64,000 nt of DNA from Octopus sinensis (Eukaryota), in contig NW_021824832.1 of the NCBI RefSeq assembly GCF_006345805.1, positions 2,050 through 66,049 of the forward strand, written 5' to 3'. The translations under genes were made by a program, and so were the position numbers. Positions within the stretch are counted from its first letter, which is position 1. Every line of letters begins with the position of its first letter. The notes under the pieces are model-generated. The model was not told the origin of the DNA and made no database searches. It was given only the letters and a program-made list of their open reading frames with translations. Shown here one piece after another: positions 25,066-38,737 of this stretch.

Positions 25066-26409
25066 TGTACAGTGCCATATTGGGCTCTAATGAAAGAGAT
25101 TAGTGATATCCCGGTTGTAAAACTACTGTATCTTATATTCTCTAGGTATTTGGTGTGACGTATTGCGATCCTTTTGTAAATGTTACCTGTAACATGTTGT
25201 CTGGCATACTTTTTTCTTATTCATTGAATGGCTTTCTTTTTTCTGCTGTTATTAATGTTGTACTTGTCTAGGCTCGTGGGCAGCATACATACGTACAAAA
25301 AACCATTTAACTGTGGGCAACCTACCTTTTTAGATATAGCTTATTTCAAACTCCATTATCGAAGCTTCCTTCCCTTTTTTAAATGTCATTAGTGTGTGGT
25401 TCGAGAGAGCTCTGAAATTTGATTCAAGCAGATTAAGTTACCATGAAATGGTTATTCCATTGGTTTGTGTTGCTAATGTCTATCACCATGTTAGCTGTCA
25501 CTGGATAGATTAATGAACACTTACATGCACTCGTTAAAACGTAACATGTTTTAACCTGCCGCTGCCATCTTTGTGTAGGGAGAAGCTTGGTAGTTGATCG
25601 CCTGCAAACATACCAAATACAGTCAATTCATCATATATATTCAAGCCAATAGCGTAAGTATCGATCATAAAATGAGAATATTTTTACCCATTTTACTATG
25701 TACTTCGACAATACTTCTCATTGAGCGTTGTACACACCAAAAGCTAGCAGTATAATGACATTTTGTGCTTAAGGGAGGTTACTGGGTGAATGATAAAGCT
25801 AAAAATGAAAGGAACATGACGTGTCACCAGTACACATCATCTGTAATATTCGCTTTATAATGCGCAATTAGAAATATAACCGTAACCGGGCATTCAACCA
25901 GTCTATAATTCTAGAATGTTGAATTTGATATCAAAGAGACCAGACACGATTTAAGAAAGATTGTCAGAGTTCAATTCTGTTGCCTTCTGCTGGATGGTAG
26001 GGTTTGCATATCATTCCTATTCATTCACTCCGTTATCGCCTGGCCATTTTCTTCCTAAGTTTGTTTTACTTAAAATTATTCTTTTTCATCAGCCACCATA
26101 CGCTCTTCTAATAAACATTACATTTTCGCTGAAGAGAGACCTACATGTATAAATTTTATGAAAATTTATGAAATGCTGATGGAGTGTTCTATCCATCTTT
26201 GATCTAGCTACTCATATTGGAAGAAACTATAGATTAAGAAACTATATCTATCACTGTAAAAAAAAAAAAATCTACGGATATATTTATATATTTTATCGGT
26301 TCTCTTTTGCCGAACAGCTAGAATATATGGGTACATAAAGACGTTAACATCGGCGATGATGTAGGAGACAAACACAGACGCACACACAAATTGACACACG
26401 CGAGCACCA

Positions 26410-26575
26410 ACCACAGATTCATGATCACAGTCCTCAAATTCATCCTACTGAATACTATTTCATGTTCGATACAGTTCACTCTCGATACAGTTTATAATGT
26501 GGAATTGCAATGGGAACGCGAGCTGCCCCAGTGATTGCGAACCTTGTAATGGGCTACCTAGAACTTAAAATATTC
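26410..26575 (+). mobile_element. Penelope-like element RT relic
   Basis: VLKFIL..YFMFD, then [26 protein letters not shown] (26498-26575), matching the PLE RT motif G.AMG...AP..ANLFMG.LE. Confidence 0.7.
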
Positions 26576-26654
26576 GCTTCTTTTCTTCTTACCTTCCCCG
26601 TACATTTCCACGTGTATTTTCTATTTTCTTTTTGAAACATACTTCTATTGTATA

Positions 26655-26925
<271 letters not shown>

Positions 26926-27489
26926 AATCAAAAATAAGCAACAAGAATGACTCCGGTAATTTGCTACAATTGTTTCGCATATATATATATGCGTGGAAGA
27001 GCGGTTTACGTGTTTTTTGGTGTGTGTATGCATGTGGATATGGTAGTTAAATAAAAATACTGGCAGTCTGCTATATATACATATATGTTCGTACATGCTT
27101 CTATACAATATATATATTACGTGTGTTTTAATGTTTCTCTGTATCTTTCTTCCCAACCTCCCGCTCTCTCTCTCTCTCACTCTCTCTTCTCTCTCTCTAT
27201 CTATCTATCTGTCTATCTATCTATCTCCAGATGTGTGTATGCTCGCGCATGCGTGTGCATTGTATATATATAGATAAACATAGATATTGAGGGAAAAGCG
27301 AAGAGTGTTAGAGAACGGCTGATCCGGGTCGTTCAGTTATATCTAACAATACTATCCGCACAACGCACAGCACAAATATATGCCACACACACGTGTATAC
27401 GTACCTGGGGAATGTGTGTGGGCGTGAAAGAGAGAAGTAGATAAATAGAGAGAGAGAGAAAGAGAGACGGCTGTCTGTGTACCAGTATA

Positions 27490-27532
<43 letters not shown>

Positions 27533-27631
27533 TATATATAATATATATATATGTATAATATAACTATATATATATTGATTATATATATATATTATATATA
27601 TATCTATATATATATATATATATACATAAGG

Positions 27632-27676
<45 letters not shown>

Positions 27677-28971
27677 TATATATACATATATATGTACACA
27701 CACAAACACACGCATACACATATTTATATGCCTGAGTGTGTGTGTGTAAGCAACTGTATGCATGGATGTGCTATAATACAATCATGTTTTCCAACTGACA
27801 TATTACGCTCAATTACATAAATATACAAGAAAAAATACGTTGCGTTTATTGGTTTTGTAATATATATATATATACAAATATATATAAGTGTATATATATA
27901 TATATATATGTATGCATATATATATATGTGTGTATATGTATATATATATATATGCATATATATATGTGTGTGTATATGTATATATATATATATATGTGTG
28001 TATGTGTGTGTGTATGTATATATATATACATATATATATATAGCACAAACATACATGTTCATACACGCAAAATTACATGTTTGTGTGTGTGTGTACGTAT
28101 GTCCGTGTACGAGTATAAATGCACAGAGACACACATACACATTTTCTAAATATTATTGGTTTGTCAGTTAGACGCCTGTATGACCATACACAAACATACA
28201 CAAAGGTACACACGCTCGTGCTCATAGCCATACACACACACATACTCACATCTGTGAAAACACACGACCATACACTCACACATATGCAGACATAAAAACG
28301 TCTATTGTTTTGACATCACATATCAACTCTACATTTTTCACGTCCACGCATCAACTCTACTAATTCATTAATTTTTTCTTCTTTTACATATTTCCCTCAC
28401 GACTTTACCTCACTTTCTTTCATTACCCACCTCATTCGCTAAGTATTTTCGCCTTCCTATCTCCCTATCTGCTTATCTTTGTATATATTTATCTATACAT
28501 CTATGTGTGTGTGTCTGCTAAACAATATATGCATATATGTATGTATTTGTGCATCTACGTCGATATGTTTGTATATACGTACACATACAAGTGCACATGC
28601 ACGCATACACATACACAAACAAACACACATACATTGGCCTACAATATATTTATATTCGCAATACTGTAAATGAAGCACAACGTTAATCACATTTGCTATA
28701 ACCCCATTAAATATATCTAAGCAAAATGAAAGCATTTGTTAGTATATTGTTGGGAGTGATGGACTTCGATATCTCGCCATTTTTGTGGCTTCTAAACGAC
28801 ACCTACCGGCATGGGTTGAAGGCGAGTCAACTAGCCAGCCCACGACTTGTATGCTTATGGCTTGTAAAATCATGAGCTGGTATGCCAGGAAATTGCATAC
28901 TTAACAGAAAATTGACGTATAAAATGAAAACAACTCTAGTAAGATAAAGTAGTTGTATACTGTCAACTTAA

Positions 28972-29395
28972 TGTGACAGTCCCATGATAAGAATCATACT
29001 ACTGCTATTTAGCCCTAGTAACCAGCAACGCTTCCTGTTGGCCTTGACACATTTCCTGTGTCCTTATGTTTGCAAGGGGGAGATAAGCACCTCCACCCAC
29101 CTAGTGAAATTTAGACATGTATTATTTCTATTTTTGTAATCAGTGTATGTATTTCACTATAATTCTTATATGTTTGCGAAGGCTCGATAGGCATCTCCAA
29201 CTACCAGGCCATGCTACTCCAGACTGATGACGAGAAGACTCAGAAACTAGTGTCTGGTAGCAGGCTTAGCTGGGTGGCGGTGCTTATCTCCTTGTAAACA
29301 TAAGGACACAGGAAATGTGTCAAGGCCGACAGGAAACATTGCTGCTTCCTAGTGCTAAATAGCAATAGTGTTATTCCCTTCATGGAACTGTCACA
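28972..29395. mobile_element. 424-bp non-autonomous element with ~130-bp inverted arms (TGTGACAG..CTGTCACA) and an internal hammerhead motif
   Basis: 28972-~29104 is the reverse complement of ~29268-29395, e.g. ggccttgacacatttcctgtgtccttatgttt / aaacataaggacacaggaaatgtgtcaaggcc. Confidence 0.85.
29219..29257 (+). ncRNA. Type I hammerhead ribozyme motif, probably inactive (GUG triplet)
   Basis: ccaga-CTGATGA-c-gag(aaga)ctc-a-GAAA-ctagt-G-tctgg: helix I ccaga/tctgg, helix II gag/ctc, palindromic helix III ACTAGT. Confidence 0.7.
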
Positions 29396-29981
29396 CACAC
29401 ACACACGCACACATACATACACACACACATACACACATACACATACACACACACACACGCTTATATATGAACGCAAGTAAGCAGTGTACAAATATGATTC
29501 CACATGTTGAATATTTTGACTTAAATTAGCTTTTAGAATCAGTGCAATTTTCTTTGCTTCTTTTCGTGCATATCTATGGTCTTTCAAAATTATTTTACAT
29601 TGCGGCACATCCATAGATTTTGCAACATCTTTTCTGCTAAGGTATTCAATACGTTTCATCTACAATGTTTTTGTCCGCTTAGAAATTTTTTCAGCATTTC
29701 TCAGTTCTTAATTTGTCAATCATGATTTGAGGATTAAAAACGAAAAATTTATCTATTTCTTAATTAGTCTTTCCAAATTCTTACCAGCCTATGAATAGCC
29801 TACATGCAAATTCAACGATATCTTTATTATCAATGGTTTTCCTTGTTGCATTTCGTCAAATTTATTTAAGTTAATCGAAATACACAATTTAATACATATA
29901 TGCAAACATACATATATGCATTCAACATAAATAATTAAATCCCCCCTAAATATATATATATATATATATAATATAATATAT

Positions 29982-30025
<44 letters not shown>

Positions 30026-30030
30026 ATATA

Positions 30031-30420
30031 TGGTGGTGCAATGGGCTCAGTGATTAGGGCAGAGGACTCGCGGTCGTAGGGTCATGATTCCGATTTCCAG
30101 ACCGGGCGTTCTGAGTGTGTGAGTATTTATTGAGCGAAAATACCTAAAGATCCAACAGGCTCCGGCAAGAGGTGGTTGTGAACCCTGCTGTACACTTTCA
30201 CCACAACTTTCTCGCACTCTTTCTGCCTGTTTCTGTTGTACCTGTATTTCAAAGAGCGCGCCTTGTCACACTGTGTCACACAGAATATCTACGAGAACTA
30301 CGTGAAGAATATACGTGTCTTTGGAGTGCTCAGCGACTACACGTTAATTTCACGATGAGGGTGTGTTCCGTTGATCGGATGAACTGGAACCTTCGTTCTC
30401 GTAACCGACGGAGTAACACG
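30031..30420 (+). mobile_element. SINE family D inserted in (TA)n
   Basis: Colinear with 46561-46950; tRNA-like head ggctcagtgattagggcagaggactcgcggtc. Confidence 0.85.
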
Positions 30421-30423
30421 ACG

Positions 30424-30501
<78 letters not shown>

Positions 30502-30517
30502 TGGGTTGTAACAGGTT

Positions 30518-30590
30518 TGTGTGTTCGTGTAACGGTAGCACACTTGGTCTCATAAACAAAGAGGTATGAGTTCGAGTCCCACGTATACGG
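30518..30590 (+). pseudogene. tRNA-Met(CAT)-like pseudogene or tRNA-derived SINE head
   Basis: D-arm GTGT/GCAC, anticodon loop CTCATAA, T-loop GTTCGAGTCC; mismatched T and acceptor stems. Confidence 0.5.
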
Positions 30591-30682
30591 ATAAAAACCT
30601 ACTATTTTCTGTCGAAGGCATATGAAATACTATTATTATTAATTACAGAATTGTAAAAATTGACACAGCTTAATAAAACATT

Positions 30683-30720
<38 letters not shown>

Positions 30721-31612
30721 CAGGATGCGGTGAATAAATTGTTGTCTAAATTATGCAAAAATGAAAATAACACTGACATCTCATTTAACAGAAATATTTA
30801 CGAAAATTACATAAAAATATCTTGAAATGCGAAAGAGAATATCTATTCATTAAAACCGCCATTAGTTTAAACCATGGCTTCGAGACGACTTCGGAATTTC
30901 TTGCAACTCTTCTGGGCGGTATCCTGGTTTAAGTTGGTGAATACTGCTATAACCCTGGCCTTCAGTCCACTTTTCGTTTTACAAGAATTTTATTGTTCTC
31001 TCGCTCAAATGCGCCCCTCATATAATAATCTAGGACTTTGCAGTGTGTAAAGTTAGGTGGTCAGATGTTAAAGGTGATGTGGTCGCAGAAATTGTCTGGC
31101 AGCCATGACTGGGTTCTCCTGCTTGTGTGGCATGGTGCAGAGTCCTGTTCCCAGACATAGGGTCTTCTAGTAGCCACCCTCTTCATCTAAAGCAGCACCA
31201 CCTCCCCCCAGGCACTTGATGTTGAGCTCCGTGTTGAGTCTGAGGCTATGTGGAAAAAGGAATAGAGGTATGACAACACCACCAATAGTGATCAATCTAA
31301 ACACAATGATGTCGACTGGATGTTTGTTTTTTATCATTCTCGGTACATGTCCTCAGATTGCACTCTCCTCAGATTCACACATAAGCAAACGTCTGAAATG
31401 TTCGTAATGGAGCTTCCGTCTTGAATGCCGAGAAGTACAGTGTATCGTTTCCAAATTTAAGGCAGAATGGACTGCATGATGGTATTGATTTTCTCCCTGA
31501 CAATGCCCAACTGACCCTACTATACTGTGTATTCGACAAAATCAAACACAAACAAAGCGCATACGCGAAATTAAAAAATATAGAATGGTAACAAGTTATC
31601 CATTGCACCTTG
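30721..31612 (-). mobile_element. Internally deleted DD37D (maT-type) Tc1/mariner transposon with both TIRs
   Basis: Minus translation RPYVWEQDSAPCHTSRRTQSWLPDNFCDHITFNI*PPN..LDYY has 37 residues between the second and third Asp, then KFRSRLEAMV. TIRs caggatgcggtgaataaattgtt (30721) and acaagttatccattgcaccttg (31591-31612) followed by TA. Confidence 0.88.
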
Positions 31613-32338
31613 TATATATGTGTGTGTGTGTGTGTGCATGCATGAATGTTTATCTGAATATCTGTGTTTGTGTATACAAATAATGCGACACAACTAACCT
31701 TTCCGAAGAGATAATTCAAGAGAGGAATTTTAAGAAAATTATGCTTATTTCACCGAAAAATTAATTATCAAGTTTTTTTACGGCAAATTTTATCTGTGCT
31801 ATCAGGTTTGGTGACACACATTTGCAAATAACGAACCATCCCATTAACAGACAGATAAGCTGCACATTTTGGAAAAAACAATGATGTACGAAATTTTTCT
31901 CCTCTCTTTGCTCTCTTTCCAGCATATGTCAGATGTTGCTCGCTGTCATAACTTTATAGTTAATCCTTGTTAATTTCAGTGTTGTTCCTTTTTGTTACAA
32001 AAACATGCGCCGATTTTGTAATAACTATCTTTGAAATTTCCGTCACTCATTCCTATATAGTTGTCTTATTAACACTATTAATTATGATTACTTTATCAGA
32101 AAAGATTACAACATGTCTACTCAGAACGGATCTTAGTCATGGAAAATTTGTAATATATATCTCACATTTTATAATGATAAATATAATCTGACTATGTATT
32201 ACATACTATTTTCTATTATTTTCCTGGCAATGTACCAAATGAAGAAATCATTTCAGAGAATTGTTGCTTATCACCAGATGCCCACGCCACCTTCATACCT
32301 ATATAGTAAGACGATACAATTTTGTAAATGTGTCCTCA

Positions 32339-32421
32339 AATTTCAAGATATACTTTAACGGAAAAAGATTTTGATGATACAACTAGGAGCTGAAGCGACC
32401 ACATAGAGTGTCTATATTAAG
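32339..32421 (+). repeat. 83-bp unique-looking segment duplicated at 34261-34343
   Basis: Two mismatches in 83 bp. Confidence 0.95.
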
Positions 32422-32759
32422 CTAGCATATCTCTTATTGTATAAGTGTAGGGGAACGTCTGTCAGGGAATAAAGTGTACCAGTTCCATACAAATTATATA
32501 GTTATACTTGTAAACAACATGTTTAGAAAGAAGAGGAAGTTACTGGATTTAGTATCAATCCTGTTATCTGCAACTTATGAGAATTATCAATCCGTAGAAA
32601 TGCATTTGCGACTAGGACTTTAGGCTGTTCGAGACAAATAGGGATGTTTGGAAGGTTTCGTTCTAACTTATGAAAAACCCATCATCCATACACATCTATC
32701 CATACACATACGGAAACGCACACACACGCACACGCACAAACACACGTAATGTATAAATG

Positions 32760-32813
<54 letters not shown>

Positions 32814-33127
32814 TGTATGTATGTATGCATGTATATATATGTATATAAACACAGATAAATAGATACATATATAGATACAGAATACATACATATTAACATA
32901 TATTCTTACAGGAAAAAATCTGTACACACACAACACACCCACGCACACACATACTGTGTATTGTTTCCCGATAACTTCCATGAAATGTTATGACTGGCAA
33001 ATAGGCATTAATGGAAAGTTTTTAATGTAATTTCCATGTGATGTTTTCGTTCGTACACGCATTACTTGTTATATAATATATCTATGTGCGATGTATATAT
33101 AGTTACGTGTTTATATGCACGTATATC

Positions 33128-33190
<63 letters not shown>

Positions 33191-33345
33191 TATACACACA
33201 CACACTTATATATGTTTTTCTAAATATAAACACGTACATGTGTGTGTCTATATATATATATGTGTGTGTGTGTGTGTGCGGTGTGGTATATACATACATA
33301 TATATATATACATGCATACATACATACACACTCCCACACAAACAC

Positions 33346-33412
<67 letters not shown>

Positions 33413-33603
33413 CATATATACACTCACAAAACGTTTCCATACGTGTGGTTGTATCATTGTACATATATGCGCATGTAAGCCTTTGATTACTTGTATATGT
33501 CTAGGTTTATATGGCTTATATATGCATATATATAAATATATATATGTAATATACATATATATATATATATATACATACACACATACATATTCATATGTAT
33601 ATA

Positions 33604-33634
<31 letters not shown>

Positions 33635-33645
33635 GTTTATATATA

Positions 33646-33677
<32 letters not shown>

Positions 33678-35000
33678 AATATATGTATATACGTATGTAT
33701 GTGTATATGTTCATATAAAAATCGACTATTTCCTTATCTCTCAGTCTCACACCCAGGCAATCTCTCAATTTCTCTGCCTTACTCCCTTAATCTTCCAGTG
33801 TTTCTTACTGTTATTATATACCAGCCACTCTCCCATAACATGAATATTTTTGTCATCCTATTTCAAGCATTCTTACATTGCCTATATAAAAACATCATTT
33901 TTTTTTAAATATTTGTTTCGCCTTCTTTTTAAGCGCGCCTATGTGTGCCTTCTAGCACTGTTTATTTTTCATTCCAACGACATATCTTTATATACTTAAC
34001 AAATAACTGTCACATTTTTCTCTTTGTTTATTTTATATTTATTGCGTTTTTGTTTACTAGTTTTTAAAATTTATGTTTCTTGTTTCACTCATTGGACTGT
34101 GACCATGTTTTGGTACCGCCTACTAATTTATATTGTAGAGATCATCATCCCTCTTACTTATTTCAGTGTTTATTAATGTGACACACAGACACACGCACAC
34201 ACATATTTAAGCATATATATGCGTAAGTATGTATGTACGTACGTATATATATATATATATAATTTCAAGATATACTTTAACGGAAAAAGATTTTGATGAT
34301 ACAACTAGGAGCTAAAGCGACTACATAGAGTGTCTATATTAAGTGTCTATATATATATATATATATATAATATATATATATATATTAGAATTTTATACTT
34401 TATTCCAAGATCATTACATTAAAAATACCCCAAACTTATATGACTGACGCCAACGCAAAACGGACCCTTTCTTTAGTGGAAGTATCTCCATTTAATTACA
34501 GCTTTACCGACTTAAAATCATAAGTTCGCATACCACAATATGCTATGATATATAAAAGAGACTGAATGGCCACTATTCTGATTCCGTTACCCATATCCTT
34601 GCAACATCAGTGATAAGTTTCTGTTAAACGTAGTTAATTTATCTGCCCCCTTCTAATCGTAATGTTGAATTATTGCAAAGTTGATTAAATTTTTGGAAAT
34701 TTTCTAAAGATATCATATTAATTTACGTCACTAAATTGTCAAAATACAAATCGAGAGGAATTAATCAGTATACATAATGCTTTGAAACACGACAGAATGA
34801 GCGTCCTTAAATTGTCTTGGAGATTGGGATAGCCAAGGTTTTGGGCGAAGTTCTTTAGAGTAATAATATTGGTTTCAAATTTTGATACTTAGGCAAATTT
34901 TGGCAAATTTTGGTACTTAAGCAAATTTTGGCACTTCCGGGAAGGGACTAAGTCGATTACATCGACCCCGGTATTCGACTAGTATCTGGTTTATCGACCT

Positions 35001-35072
35001 GGGCCGGCCAAAGCCTTGTGCGTGGATTTGGTAGACGGAAACTGGAAGAAGCCCGTCGTATATGTGTATATG

Positions 35073-35105
<33 letters not shown>

Positions 35106-35438
35106 ATGTATATATATGTATATATATGTGTATATATATATATGTGTGTGTGTGTGTATATATGTATATATATATGTGTGTGTATATATATATGTATATA
35201 TATATATGTATGTATGTGTGTGTGTATGTGTGTATATGTTTCTGTTTTCGTGTTTGTCCCCAACATCGCTTGACAACCGATTCTGGTGTCTTTAAGTCCC
35301 CGTAACTTAGCGGTTCGACAAAAGAGACTGATAGAATAAGTACTAGGCTTACACAGAGTAAGCTCTGGGGTCGATTTGCTCGAATAAAGGCAGTGCTCCA
35401 GTATGGCCGCAGTCAAATAACTGAAACAAGTAAAAGAA
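35001..35438 (+). mobile_element. SINE family B, 5'-truncated and fused to a family A fragment (34935-35000)
   Basis: gggccggccaaagccttg..actgaaacaagtaaaaga. Confidence 0.85.
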
Positions 35439-36647
35439 TGCATGTAGAATGATCCGCGAATGTGATTTTGAGATTTAATTATTTTAGGAAGTTACTGATT
35501 GGCATGAAATATTATGTCATGTTTCCTGGTACAATCTTGGAATCTGAAGTCCGGTGTATGTCGGAAACCGCTACCGTCTCGTATGAATATTTAAAACAAT
35601 GAAATATATTTTAAGCCGTGAGGAAGAAGAGATGTTGAACTTTTGATTTGACCTTTATCAGAGTGAAACAGAAATAAATAAACCGAAATTGGAAAATTAC
35701 AGACGAGACAATAGAGAGAATTAGGTAAGGGATAGCGAGCGGTATTTAGTAGATGATAAAGTAGAATCGATGAGGAGGTGGGGAAAGTGATGTGGAACTT
35801 GTACGATGAGACAGAGAGGGGAAATGTTTTCTTAACAGTGAAGTAGTTGCGTGATAATGGTCACTTGAATGTTGAGGGCATAAGGATAAAGTAGGACACA
35901 AGGAAGAAGGACGCGGGAGAAAAGTGAATAGTATAGTAACGAAAGAACAGAATTGCGACAAACCAGTTAAATGGACAAATCCCTAGGTGGGTACGAAGAA
36001 TAAAGAATTATGGGAAATGTTCGTGACAGAAAGACTTTTAACGATATAATAGACCTATGTAATTGTTATTATCTGTTTTTGTTGTTGTATTAAAATTTTA
36101 AACACTTCCAGACGGAGTTTAATAAAAAAAAAATGTATTCCAAAGGAGATACGACTATGTACCAGTTTTGCATTCATCTTTTAACATTTGTTTCAGAACA
36201 TTTCCTTATAAGAACTTAAAACAAGTGATGTTATTGTTTAGCAGCTGGTCACCCATGATATAGCAAATTATATTTAAATGTTTTACATCTGTGCTCTTAT
36301 TATTTAAAAAATATATATCATGGTCTGCACGGCATCATTTACTGTAAAGAGTAGGCTTCGACTGGGAAAATATTTGGCTGCTCTTTCTGACATATTGGCT
36401 CATATAGAGTTTCGAGGAATGTTATCATATCTAAACTTTTATGCAGTTAGTTTCTTATGGAGAAATACCCTTCTGTCATTGTGCTTAGCACCCGTAACGA
36501 TCTGCCTTGTTAATAGGGATATAAATTCAGTTGTTAATCATATCAAAGAATAGATATAAATTTATTTCTTTTCATGGAATATACATGCATGCACTCTACG
36601 AAACTCTTTAATGAAATCTGCGCTTAAACGTTACCATAAGTTACATC

Positions 36648-37085
36648 TCAGGCCCCAGCAGACGAAATGGAAAAGCCGTTCCTCTGGTGGATAGCAAGGG
36701 AGTTGCACTAAAACAGGTACCCTGACTCATGGAGCTCACACTTGCGGATAGCGTTGAGCATGGATATGTTCCAGGAGCCAAGGCTGCCGGAGTTCTCCAC
36801 TGCACTAGGCTCGACCAGCGATCGATACTTAGACAAGATGCTTTTCTTAGCCTGACAAGCAACGGAGCATGGCTGGTAGCTGAGCGCACAAGTTGCGGCT
36901 GAAGAGTGTCTTACAGCACCTAGCATCACAGATGAGGGGCCTGCCACCACAGAACGGGAAGGTTGTCATACTATCTGGCCCTTTATCGTCCCCTCGGTCT
37001 AGCCCCGCTGCACCGAGCTGGGAAGGGAAGACTACTGCGTCTAGGTCAGGATTTATGATCTTGTTAAAGGCGGCATGGAACTGAT
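36648..37085 (-). mobile_element. CRE-clade non-LTR retrotransposon relic (RLE domain)
   Basis: HAAFNKII..FPSQLGAAGLDRGDDKGPDSMTTFPFCGGRPLICDARCC matches CRE RH..LN..PS.LEP.GL.R.DGKRPDG.T..P..G..L.WD.TC; then KYRSLVEPSAVENSGSLG and YLF*..LAI. Confidence 0.8.
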
Positions 37086-37149
37086 ACTATTACTGGGATT
37101 GAACAGCCAATTATCTTTTTCCAGATACTCTGGAAAAACTCTTTTGCTT

Positions 37150-37391
37150 TAAAGATTGTTTGCCAACATAGCATGACAGTCCTGGTTAGGTCTAATGTTA
37201 CTGTAACTTATCCCCAGAAGACATCGTCTCCAGCTGGCTATACGTCACGATCTGTGCCCTTATATTTTCGAACAAGGGAATCTAGCACCCCCACTCAGCT
37301 CAAAGCAATATATGTTTATCGCGATTTCTGAGTTATTTCCCTTCACCAGAATAAACCAGGACAGCCAGGTTACGTTGGCAAACAATCTTTA
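37150..37391. mobile_element. MITE-like element, ~40-bp TIRs, TA-flanked
   Basis: taaagattgtttgccaacatagcatgacagtcctggtt versus aaccaggacagccaggttacgttggcaaacaatcttta. Confidence 0.7.
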
Positions 37392-37875
37392 CTACGAAGT
37401 ACTGTTGCTGAATATCTCTCGTTGTGAGTATTTTAAAAATAGTAATTTTCTTTTGCTTTATATTTTGCATATTATAGAAGTAACGAGTGTGTACTTCTCT
37501 TTGTCGTATGGCTTCCAGCATTAATCTACTAGTTTTGCTGTGAATTTTAAATTAGATGGTTGCGTAGTTAACTAATGTATTGCTGTCATACTTTGTTTCT
37601 TATTATAATGTGTTGCAGTTGATTCTTGCAGTAAGTGTATGGAGAGGCAGTGTGGAAGCGTCGTACTTCTATAAACAATCTAAAACGTGAAATTGCAGAC
37701 GTGAAATTGACTATTTTCACATTTCAATCTGATTTACAAACATCTCAGCAGTTTACATATTCATAGTTCTCCAGGTTTTAGGGTTGTAATTGATTAGTTC
37801 CTTTATTTTGCTTTTTTTTTTTACATTGTTAATATTTATAGTAAATCATTAGTGTCAATTTATGAATGAATTCTT

Positions 37876-38259
37876 TTATTCTTTTACTTGTTTCAGTCAT
37901 TCGACTGCGGCAGTGATGGAGCACAACCTTTAGTCGAACAAATCGACCCCAGGACTTACTTTTTGTAATCCTAGTACTTATTCTATCGCTCTGTTTTGCC
38001 AAACAGCTAGGTTACGGGGACGTAAAGACACCAACACCTATCATCAAGCGATAGTAGGGGCGAACTAACACAGACACACACACAAATATACATATATACA
38101 TATACGTCGAGCTTCTTTCAGTTTCTGTCTAACAAACCCATTCACAGGGCTTTGGTCGGGCCGAGGATATAGTAGAAGACACTGGCCCAAGGTGACACGC
38201 AGTGGGACTGAACCGGAAGCCATGTGACTGGGAAGCAAGCATTTTACCACACAGTCACG

Positions 38260-38260
<1 letters not shown>
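37876..38260 (-). mobile_element. SINE family B, full copy
   Basis: Reverse complement of the family B sequence. Confidence 0.85.
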
Positions 38261-38319
<59 letters not shown>

Positions 38320-38344
38320 TGTGTGTGTGTGTGGTGTGTGTATC

Positions 38345-38737
38345 TGTGTGGGAAGTTGTGTGCTGGTGCCCCACCATCGTTTCACAATCAGTGTTGGTGT
38401 ATTTACGTCCACGTGAACTAGCGTTTCGACAAAGGAGCCCAATAGGATAAGTACCAGTCTTAATATACATAAGTACTGTTGATGAGGTGCACCAAGTTGC
38501 AGGAACGTAAACAAAACAACAACTGTTATCAAGCGGTTGTGCAAGACTAACACAAATACACACAGCAACACACATATACGACGGGCTTCTTTAGTTTCCG
38601 TCTTTCGTATACCAAATCAACTCCCAGGACCCAGGGCTATAAAAGAAAAAAACTTGCGCAAGACACCACGCAGTGGGAGTGAACCAGCAACTCTGTGTTC
38701 CGGAAGCAAACTTTCAACTACACAGCCACACCTGCGC
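38345..38737. mobile_element. Two diverged family B fragments (3' half on plus, 5' part on minus)
   Basis: Partial matches to family B in opposite orientations. Confidence 0.65.
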
